Shown: positions 53,104-64,000 of the stretch, piece by piece
Numbering within the stretch: position 1 is the stretch's first letter
Layout of the letters: each line of letters begins with the position of its first letter
DNA from: Trichoplax adhaerens
Taxonomy: Eukaryota > Animalia > Placozoa
Reading direction: 5' to 3'
Assembly: GCF_000150275.1 (NCBI RefSeq)
Contig: NW_002060951.1
Span: 927,186-991,185 of the forward strand
Length of the DNA stretch: 64,000 bases
Translations under genes and position numbers: made by a program
Notes under the pieces: generated by a model
The model's input: only the letters and a program-made list of their open reading frames with translations
Databases searched by the model: none
Told to the model about the DNA's origin: nothing

Positions 53104-56100
53104 TTATTCGGAATCTTTCTTGAATTTTTCCTTTAATTCTCCAACTAATTCTGGATTTTCATTGGCCATGCGCTGTCCCCTAGAAGTGCAACGTAGATGT
53201 ACACACGAAAATAATTAAACATACATAATCATGCTACATTCCAATTCTTGACAATATAGATAGATCTCACATTGAACGTAAGCCATCTAGTCCTCCTCCT
53301 TGAAATGCACCCGAAACCCTGTACATCAAAATTTACAAGTAAGTAAGTATAAGCTGTACTATCATTTACTACTAATCACACTAACATATTCATCATTTGA
53401 GGATCGTTCATCATCTGCATTGCCTATCAAATAAAAAAGATAATAATGAGTTTAAATATCTCTTATCTATCATTTTCTGAAAATTTTGCTATCTACTAAA
53501 AGATCAAACATGTCATCCTACGTTTTGTAACTTACCATATTCATAATATTCGGATTAGAAAATAATGAACCGAAATTAAGATTGTTCATGTTTGGAATGC
53601 CTATGTTAAAGTATTTATATTATAAAAAAGTTATACCATGGCAGATATAATTAAATTGAGTTTTCAGTGAGAATTGCGGTACTTCATTTTATTTTATATG
53701 TTATTAAAGATCGCATTATAGATAGACTCACCTGATGGCTGAGCTCCAGGTTGATTTTGATTTTGGGACGCGCTGTCAGTCTTTTTAATACAACGCATAA
53801 ATAAATTTTTATATTAAATACTGGCAAGTTTATGCAATATTTCTTATAGAGATGTTAACTCACATACCTGATTAGTATTAGAATTATTTGCATTAGCAGT
53901 CTGCTGGGCTTCACTTGATTGTGTCCCTTGCGGATGACGGGTATCTCCACCGGGAGTAGCATTCTGAGAAGAAGCTCCTCTTTCTTCTCTCATTGTTGAC
54001 GCTGAGTTATCGGGAGTCGGTTCCGTTCTTTTTTCGCTCTCGAGTACACGCACCGAATGCTGTAATGCCTCCAGATAGCTTTGATTTTGCGGCTCAAGCT
54101 CATGCGCCTGCATACCCGAAAAATACGGAAAGAATAAGATCAGCAATAATTACAAAAATAATGTATTTTCCATAGACTTATATTGAAGTAATTAAATCAG
54201 AATTAAATTAAAGTTTGCTAATAAAAAAGCAATGATATGCCGTAATTATTTTGCATCTAAAATATAATCATTATGCTTTATAGATATTTGCTCAGTGCCA
54301 GTGTTATCTTACTTTACGAAAATTTTTTTCTGCACTTTCATATCTATGAAGATTGCTTTGTGCCACTCTATTCAACAGAGGAATCCAAAAATTTACCACG
54401 ATCATGTCATACACATAGATTATCATCATTCCAACTTTATAACATTAAAAATATTAGTTATCACATTTCAGCGATTATCAACTACAGATATGAGTAAAAT
54501 TAACTTACCCTAATCGCCAAAATGCTCTGCTATACTTCGGATTTAATGTGATGCTTTTCTTACAATCAGCTTCAGCTGCATCAAATCTACTAATCTTAAT
54601 GTACGCAGCAGCCCTTTTAAATTGTTAGAATAAACCTTTAATCCTCTATCTAATAATATAATTTTAAGTCTTTCGTTTTAAAAATGATACAAATGTCGTC
54701 TATCCTTACCTATTGCAGTAATAAATAGCATTATTTGGACATAAGTCAATAGCATCAGAATAGCTTCGAATGGCTGGTTCAAATTTTTCAGCTCTAATAA
54801 AGTCATTTCCTGATGAATATAATGGCATGAAAGCATTAATTTATAGTATACCAAAAGTGACATTAATCTATGCCGGTTAATAGATTTATTACGTAATCAT
54901 CTTGTACAGTTTGTTTTACGTTAGTATTTTATTGTTGTATGCACAAGAAGGTAATCAATTTTTAGTTTCAGTGAAAATAAAAGTTGTGATTAAATCAATA
55001 TTATATTATAATCATTATTATTTTCTATACTACAGTTTCGCTATTTCTATCATCATGCTATACTGTTCTAGCAGGATAAAAGATGAACATTTTTCAAAGA
55101 GTAAATCCAGAAATGCTTCAAGTTATGTAAATCAATTATGACCTAATCTGCATCAAAGAATTTCTATAAACATTAACTCCTTATCCCAAAAACGCATAGG
55201 ACTTTTCATCATTCCTTATTTACCTTCATTTTTCAACTGTTCTGCTGTATCGATTTTAGTTTTCTCACTTCCATTGTCAGAGACACCAAAATAACCCTAC
55301 GGTAGAATTTGAATTGACGAGTTATCATTTACTAATGCTACAAATTGCTTATACGCAGCTACAAACGGATGCTATGATGCTCTATCGAGTGGACGAATCA
55401 GTCTTTCTAAAAATTAACTCATTACTCTTACAATGACTAAAGTAGTGTAGATCGTATTGCAATTTTGAAACTTTGATGCTCCGTATAAGTACTGTGATCC
55501 GCGGCATGATCGATAAACAGTGCTTTCTTAATTAATGCAATACACATCTAGCTTTATTCACAAATCAAATGTACAATATAGCTGGTCATATTTGCTACAA
55601 GCTGCTCAATAAACAGAAGCGTGCTAGCCAACATTTGTAAAGTGACGATTAGTTACATTAAAGACATTTCGAGCAGAGTATAGGGTGTCGTCATCTCGTC
55701 ATAAGAGAAAATTAGTGCCCTACTATACAGTGAGGCATGATGAGTACGTGATAATCTATCATACATGTAGCTAGTCTATGTCAGATTTTCAGATGGAATA
55801 TTAGAAAAGTACTTACCAATGCTCTTGCTGAAGAAAAGATATCCCTGAGTTTGGGTTGGCAACTGAATTGAGCGGTACCTTGATCATAGTCGACATTGTA
55901 CACAGCCTGGAGACAATCAGTGGCCACTATAAGGAATCAAATTAAATAGGATAAGCGGTGTTAACTATAATCTTTCTATTCTTCTTAGACATTTTAGCCT
56001 ATCGTGCCATGAATAAGACAACGATCTCGTCTGATCTCTGTACTGTACTATACCCTGTACCTTGTAGATCAAACACGTATTGATACAGCACTAGTTATTA

Positions 56101-56431
56101 TTATTATTAGACTGAACATACACCTTGAAGAACTTTAATCTTGAATCAAATTGAATAGGATAAACGGTATTAACTATAATCTTTCTATTCTTCTTAGACA
56201 TTTTAGCCTATCGTGCCATGAATTAAGACAACGATCTCGTCTGATCTCTGTACTGTACTATACCCTGTACCTTGTAGATCAAACACGTATTGATACAGCA
56301 CTAGATTATTATTATTACACTGGACATACACCTTGAAGACTTTCTATTTCGGCATCCGAGTGCTTCCCTCGTTCTATTTCCTCTTTTAAGTACTGCACGA
56401 TAGCGAAAGGCAAACTGATGACAGTAGACAT
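53104..56431 (-). CDS. SGTA: Small glutamine-rich TPR-containing co-chaperone (SGTA/SGTB family), multi-exon
   Basis: N-terminal dimerisation domain MSTVISLPFAIVQYLKEE...ESLQ|VATDCLQAVY; TPR region AEQLKNEG|NDFIRAEKFEPAIRSYSDAIDLCPNNAIYYCNR|AAAYIK...ADCKKSITLNPKYSRAFWRLG; C-terminal NPNIMNM|AMQMMNDPQM...GQRMANENPELVGEL. Confidence 0.9.
55934..56340. repeat. Near-identical direct tandem duplication (~209-bp period) spanning most of SGTA intron 1 and the exon-1 donor
   Basis: 55934-56132 matches 56143-56340 (GAATCAAATT.AATAGGATAA.CGGT.TTAACTATAATCTTTC ... ACATACACCTTGAAG), with only scattered differences. Confidence 0.92.
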
Positions 56432-56589
56432 AACTTTTTTACGATGAGAACAGTATAACGATGTTAAAAGGTTGAAAATTTCTTCTTGACAAAATTATTA
56501 TAGTAATAATAATCAACTCTCCGCTAGCCTAGGACAGCCACAATACTAAATACTTCCTTTGCTATAGCAAAAGTCGAACGTCTAGAAAT

Positions 56590-56642
56590 ACGCCTGCGCA
56601 GTCGTGTTTCTTGCAGTCAAATTGGCCTGAGTATTGACGTCA
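56590..56642. promoter_or_regulatory. SGTA proximal promoter with NRF1-like (TGCGCAGGCGTA on minus strand) and full CRE (TGACGTCA, 56635-56642) motifs
   Basis: Both motifs lie 160-210 bp upstream of the SGTA ATG in otherwise AT-rich DNA. Function not shown. Confidence 0.4.
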
Positions 56643-59077
56643 TTTATTAACGTTAGTGAACTTTAATCATACTGGAATATCACTTACGATTTCGGCTTAT
56701 ATGTTCATTTTCTCTACGTTATAAATCGATATTTACTACGAGAAAGAGTTTACTTAAAGCTATTACAAGAAAATGACCACTACGAATTGACTATCAGGTC
56801 TGCCCTCTCTGTATCTGCAGTACCTACAGGCTTACTGTACCCTCCAACTCTAAATTGGGTAATTATAGCGATCTCACATCGTCAGAATAAGACGATAAAT
56901 CTGTAGTTATAACCAGAGTTGCGATATAGTTTTACTACAATGACAAGCATGCAAACTAGGATGATATAGTTTCCGTCAGCAATCCTACGCGTATTCATAT
57001 TGCTAAAGTCATCGTTTCAGTGCATGGTGAAAATCAGGTTAAAATAAATGAAATAAAATGAAATTAATTGGATCTGGCTTATAATAATAAGATAATCACA
57101 ACTGTTCAATCGAAATACATCATTGGATAGTAATTTCTTGCATGGACTATTTAATGATGGCACGCTAATAGATCAATACATGCTTAGCCTTGCAACATTA
57201 TTGAAATAGAGTAATAAATATGCAGTGATTTTCATAATAATTTAGGACCCCCGTTGCATTAGAAATAGAAAAATGATACAGTTTTTATACTACTAGTATG
57301 ACCAGATAATACTTTATTCCATCGTTTTTACATATGATGATGTTATTATCACCATCTACGTAGACCTATTTATTCTTTGTATGACAATCTTGTGTTTTCT
57401 TCTTTAAAATAAGAAAATTCTGATAGCGGAAATAATCTATACTACTACTGTAATAACTACTTATGGATTGTATAATTATGTAACTTTAAATATAAGTTTA
57501 CCGAGAAATATGATGGAGATTGGCCGAAAATTGATACTTGAAAACAAGGATCAAGATGCCCATTTTCCTCCAGCTTTTTAATCGATATTTTTAATTACAA
57601 AGAAATACTTCTCACCGTTGAGCTAGTAATAATGATGATGGACTGCAACTTCGATACGCTATTAGTTATTTATTCGTCAGATACATCAACATCGTTTTTA
57701 ATACATTTGTTTTCCAGAAGGTAGAATATTTTAAGCTTTTGTAATGCTGTCATTTATCTACCTTGTCTGTATGGCTTATAGGTAAGATAGATTTGTACAG
57801 TCTGTTTTGGTAATTGATTGTTTATTTGCTATCTCTCGTAAAATAATCCAAACAAAAGGTAATTTTTAATTTAGTTGGGCTCAGGTCAACATCAATGTTG
57901 GCATCACATCGGCATTGATTCGGTTAAATTTGTCTATTTTTATATACAAATAATAATACATACAGCGCGTCCTAAACCTTGCCGTAAAGCCAATTTATAG
58001 TAAGGAAATTGTCAATTAAACCTACCGGATGATTCATGGCGATTGTAAAATGATCACTTCCTCTATCTTGTTCCTTGTGTTGTTTTATTATTTATTATAT
58101 TGTATAGCTAGTAGTCCTATCGGATATCGATCTTGCTATACTTATTACACTAAATGAAATTAATTTAGCGGACCATGTCGAAATCTCATTCAACGACTGT
58201 TGAAAATCTACCTTCTAATTTTCCGTAGATATTTATTTCAGTAGTCCCTGAGATTTCAATTTTTAAAGTCGAATTTGTCTGTTTTAATCAATACGCATAC
58301 AGATGAATAAAATGAGTGTGCTAAATCTTACCGTAAAGGCGTACTGTAGATCCACTTCGGAATGAGGAAATTGTTTAATTAGCTATACTGTATACAAGTA
58401 CTACAATACTACACACTAGGCTGATTCAGAATCACGCTAACTAGTAAACTGAACAGCAGTCTGCAAAATGAGCCAATCACAAATTCCTGATAATCGAGTA
58501 TGCCGAATATATAACATGCAACAAGATAACGTAAGTAGATTCTGTTTAACTTGAACTTGAGCTCTCAAATCTTAATTTCTTAGAAGTAGCAATACAGCGA
58601 TGTTTTATATTAAATGTCCTGAGTCTACATCACCAATTCAGACGGCAAATAATCAGGGAAGAATAGGAGTAGATGTGCGAAGTTCAATAATTTACTTGAT
58701 TATATAAGCATATACTGTATACAAGAGTATATATATATATATATTATACAGAGGTACAGGATACTGTACAGTACAATATACTTGTTATAAACAGTAACTA
58801 TCAATTTGCTGATTAATGGCATTAAGATACCAAAAATAAAAATAAATAACGGTATATTCATCTAGCATATGCTTCATCAACTGCATCACTGAGGTTAAAA
58901 TTTAAGGTATAGATATAGTCTCTATTACAACTGCATTCAATAAAAATCTAGACTCTGCTTTACATGTACGATAATCATAATTACGATATTAACAAGCTTC
59001 ACATCACTAGGTGCAATATATATATATCTTTGCAATAGCATTATAGTTCTTGAGTGAATTTTAAGCATAAAGCTCTA

Positions 59078-62000
59078 CTACATTAATTTCGGTAAATGCT
59101 TTAGTCTACTGATATCTAGCACTTTCATATTCGACCTCTTGCTTGACTTTAATGTGTCTTCATTATTTGATCTGTCAATAATTTCTATTGATTCTGTAAT
59201 GGATGCTCTGTAGCGATGACTATTCGGTATCTCATTGACATTGATTGGTGTCTCATGATATTTATGTTTCTCTAAGTTTTTATCATTAACAGTTAATAGA
59301 TTATGTTTTTCCATGTAACGCACCGTTGCAAATGACATATTGTTGTCATATTTTAGCGACTGTAAAGGTCGAAAATGTTTTAAGTATTTCTCGCATATAC
59401 GTTCAGCTGATGGGACAAGACTGCTGCCTATATTCGTAGATTCATGAGAGCTACTTTCGCAATCGTCATCTGGAAATTCGTCAAAGGAATAACCTTGAAG
59501 ACTACAAATGCATAAATGAGCCCATTAATAGATGTTAAGCCAAACGTTATATACAATCTCAATTAAATAATACAATATGTGCTTATCTATCATTACACAA
59601 ATAACTTACAATCTGTTATCGGTAATCTTTCCTACTGTCTTTTTAAAGTTAACTTCATCTTGTCTGTCCATATCAGGAATTAGGTGCGACATAGATGTAA
59701 TAGAATTTTCCTTGTCCCATTGCCCGTCCTTACCAGTATTGAATTTCTTCCATTCCTATATTACAAATTCAAATTTCCAAACTACTTGTAAGGGTTCTAT
59801 CCTTTTATACATCATTTCGCGTTACCTACACATATAGTTTTTGTGTGTACAGTACAAGTACAAATAATAACCACTCATACCTTCGTAATCTTATGTAACT
59901 GTATTTCATGAGTTCTTTCCACAATCAGTTTTGATTCTTCTTTACTACTAGCACTAGCGATCGAACTATCTTGACCCTAAAAGAAAGTACAAAATCTGCT
60001 ACTTAATATCGCGTAAGAACTAAGAAGACAAAATCAATTAAAGCTACACTAACGATTGTTGCTGATCCCTGACTACGTTCGGTTTCTGCAATTAGGCTAT
60101 CAGATTTAGTGCTGGGTAAACTGTGATGAATAATTCTGAAAGACAAAAGGATTCAATAAAAAACTTCGCTTCGTAAAAATTAAAGCATAAAAATCTCATC
60201 AGCTTTAATTGAAGTATTGAAAATAGTATACTCACGAATTGTTGGAATTTTGCTCGATTAACTAATAACAAAATATTTAAAAATATTTTAGATTTATTGC
60301 TTTTGCAATATTTTGTCTATCTCTTTGCCATATACGAGTATATGTTATATATACATACATATAAATATATGATATGAATTAATATATTACCTTTTCTCCT
60401 GCATTGCCTTGATTTATAGATACTTTTCTATTATCAGAATCAGAGTCCGACTGCACTATTGAAGAATCATTGCTAAGGCGACCATCACCTTGGCTATCCT
60501 GGAAAGAAATATAGCATATAATTTACTACCAGCTCCAAAATATTAGGACTGCATATTCAGTACACTAGCAGGTGAAGGCATACCATTGATGGCAAGGATT
60601 TAGATTTATCGTCTTCAACATTGAAAGATTCATTACCTGCAGTAATACGAAAAGATACACAAAAACTCTCATGCGTTGAATCGTAATTCATGTTCCAATA
60701 TATCACAACATCTTTATATTACCATTTCCGAACGGTACCGCCTTTCTTTCCTCTCCATTCGTCAACGCCGTCCAAATCAATTCCTTCCTCTATGACGGAA
60801 CAAAAACAGAATGAAGTATTCGTATAATGATGAGTGGTACGTATATACAAAACAAATAAAATCATATGAATATAATTAATATTAATATTAAGCAACTGGA
60901 CAAGTCGTACATTTCTAATATCCCTTAATTCTGCTAGTATTTCGGACTCCTCCTTAGCTAGCTGTTCACGTGCCTATTAATAGACTCTAGTAGTATCATA
61001 ACTTATACGCCGTAAATGATTGAATTTCAAACTAACTTACCCTTCTTACATGAGCCAGAGCTGAGAGCTTCTTTAGCTCTGTTTGTGCTAGAGTTTCGTA
61101 AGTTTCATTTAATTCATCGCCTACTCCTGCATTTAATGCCTTTGTGGACATATCATCGGCTAACTTATCGTCCTTCAATGACTCGATATTTCTGTCCTTC
61201 ACAACCGAATTTGATTGCTTGACCGTCTGATCTGTATCACACGCTAAATGATTAATTTCTACAACCGCTGCAGTGTTACTTAAGGATTCTTCTTGGGCTG
61301 CCGCTGCTGGATTTCTTAAATCTTTATCAACATTATCATCTTCACTAGCAATTACACCCGGTACCTCTTGGTCGATACAATCATCAGAATCCGAAGTACA
61401 CGACGTATCGTCCTCGACTGAAAGACTTAACTCATTCAAGCCGTTAGCTACTTCTTGATCAGGTAAACCTTTTATATTCTATTAGATTAATGATATGAAT
61501 TTAATATAAAAATATCGCGTTAAATATACTAAGAGTTTCTAAGCTGCGCAAAGAACTGAAATTTACTCACAAGATAATCTTACCTGAATATCCCTAGAAT
61601 ATGGGGTAGGGGTAGGTCGTGGTTCAGGTGATTTAGAATCTATAAAATCTCGCTTTTCGCCGCTATTACTGCGAAAAAATTATGAGATGTTGGCGAAGAT
61701 TATAAATATTTTAGATAATGTATATCCCATACTTCTAACACACATTAATATTGTTTACGTCAATCGTCAATACGTTACCTTTCCATTATAAAACTTTCTT
61801 TTGCTCTGAGAAAAGCACTATTCATATAATTTGGTACGAGTTGTAAACGCATATACTCGTTTCTAGTTTTAGCGACCTGTTTATGATCAATTTTAGAATT
61901 CATATTAATAACAACATGACTTAAGAAGATTCGTAATAATCCGACAGTTTATATGTAGCGTTACTTAAAATGTATTGCTAATCAGTAAATACTGCTATTC

Positions 62001-64000
62001 CAGGTATTAGACTATTCGGTAATATACAGAATCGATTATTAAATACCTTCTCCATGAAAATATCATCACTGGCTTGGCAATAAAGAAACTTATCAGACTT
62101 TCCCTAAAATTAATTTCTAGTATTTAGAATGAATTCAATAACAGATATTCCAGCATTCATACTAACCGAAAATGAACATTCCCAAAATTCTGGTTTAGGT
62201 CTAGTTTGCGTATACAAAACTAGTATAAATCCAGTTGATCCATCACGAATTCTAACAGAAGAACGATTGATACAAAATGTTTAATACACAATAGCGCTAT
62301 AGTTAATATCAAAATTGAATTCCCGACTTACTTGTTTGTAAGCCTTTGGCTATAGAGATATCTCATGCAAGCTGACCATACATAAGGATGGTGGATGCTT
62401 ATTACCCCATCAACCCATCTGCAAAATATATGGAAATGGTTAGTGGAAGCGGTTATAAAATACGCGTTGAAAGAATCATGAAATTTCTCTACGCACATTC
62501 CAACTAGAGGTATAGAAGATAGCTTCGGATCTGAATCCAAAACCAGTAGTAAATTATGGGAATTATTTATGGCTACATACCTAAGATGAAAAGTATCCAG
62601 GTTAAACAATGCTACAGTTACTATAAGATATTTAAATAGAACTAATAGTAAAGAAAGGTAAAATAATATTCGTATTTATGGTAACTGTACCCCGACTTTT
62701 GTGTATCTTGGAAATTACTCAAATGTAAAGGACCAGACAAGCTACGTGCTAAAGCAGTTGGTACGATTGACACCGGTAAAATAGGAACAGCGGTAATTAA
62801 AGCAGATGGAACAACGACCCCACCTAAATTAATACATTAGTTCAAACACATTAGTCCAATTTTGTCGGCCGATTCTTATTACCAAAATTTACTAAGAACA
62901 GACAACTAAGAGAGGAAGACTCCTAACGTACTGTTACTACTGTATATATTGAGATATGTTACATAAGCCTAAAAGTTAAAGAGTATCAGGTAACGCTAGT
63001 AAACCTTAACAGCATCGTTATAATGTTTCGATACTACAGTTCTATACATAACATGATTTGTAACATTTATGTTGCTTACTTGTAACATTAATAGAAATTT
63101 CATCACTATCTACATAATATGTAGCATGAATCTTTAAAGAAAGCATGTCCTTGATATCCACACTGTCACACGATAGCTTCAGGTTTTTTGTTAAGGTCTG
63201 CATAAGTACATGTACATATATAAAAATTACAGTTATCTTTAACACTAGCTAATTTACTAAAGGTATACAATAACACTTTGTAATTACGATGGCTGTAGTA
63301 AGCCAATCTATTATGTCAAAACTATTATAAACTATCAATCAGTACCTGAAATGCATCATAATATTCACTGATGCTGAATGGCGACACGCCTTCCGACCCT
63401 AAGCAGGCCAATTGCATCTAAGATAATTTGGTAGAAACAAGACAAGAGATTTTAAGGCTGCATAGCATATAGCACGTCCACTGTAAGTGTAGTAGAATAT
63501 ATGTATCTCTCATCCAGAACTGATAACTTAATCTAATACATCAATTATTCATAAATGACATTATTGGTAATATGATAAAATTCGCAAGATCCGAAAAAGA
63601 ACAATGACAGGTAAAAGTGCTGCAACTAACTTACAGATAAGGGTATAATCACATCACCAGGGATTACAGCAGTTGGAACATGAAGAGACTTGTTTCCTTC
63701 TCCAATTAGTTATATCGAAATAAATAGTAGTAAGAGAATTAAATGAAAAAAGATATATCAAAGTAATAATAGCAAAGCTACGCTTCATGTAATAGCGCAC
63801 GTTATCAACAGTAACAACATCTGTGCTTACGATAGCAATATACTGACATTGCTAAAAAAGTATAAATAGTCTATATTAAATTTAGCAAGTAACCGAGTCT
63901 ATTTGGGCTACTCAATAAAAAAATAAAGTATCTATATCACAAAAGGCCGTAAACAAGACATTGAATTTAAAAATTATAATGAATTACTGTATTGACTACT
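59078..64000 (-). CDS. STIL: STIL (SCL/TAL1 interrupting locus) centriole assembly protein; 5' end lies beyond the window
   Basis: N-domain PTAVIPGDVIIP; PVSIVPTALARSLSGPLHLSNFQDTQKSG|YVAINNSHNLLLVLDSDPKLSSIPLVGI|WVDGV..IHHPYVWSACMRY; FILVLYTQTRPKPEFWEC. Also the CPAP-binding PRPTPTP motif, a coiled coil, STAN (AERICEKYL...NMSFATVRYMEKHNLL) and TIM (VLDISRLKHLPKLM*). Confidence 0.93.

Overview
AT-rich (roughly one-third GC by eye), gene-dense eukaryotic nuclear DNA with many short GT-AG introns. Composition, intron size and gene content fit a compact early-branching animal genome; a placozoan such as Trichoplax is my best guess, which is inference only. Most ORF-track entries are exon fragments running into introns, or antisense shadows. 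Hand-splicing gives eleven protein-coding genes: TRAPPC13 (-), cystathionine gamma-lyase CTH (-), mitochondrial CLPP (+), a SHOC1/Zip2-like meiotic XPF-domain gene (-), a divergent carnitine acyltransferase (-), a TauD/TfdA-family 2-oxoglutarate dioxygenase (+), an uncharacterised coiled-coil/Ser-rich gene (+), SREK1/SRSF11 (-), ARL16 (+), SGTA (-) and STIL (-, 5' end outside the window). Non-coding structure includes a ~191-bp tandem array (~23.65-25.33 kb), a CAGTA/TACTG palindromic tandem repeat in the SREK1-ARL16 bidirectional promoter, and a ~209-bp whole-intron duplication in SGTA. No rRNA, tRNA, CRISPR or transposase was seen. I found no clear-cut new system. The best leads are the head-to-head acyltransferase + dioxygenase pair, the compact SHOC1-like gene, a candidate poison exon in SREK1/SRSF11 intron 1, and the SGTA duplication that creates a potential 9-nt microexon.
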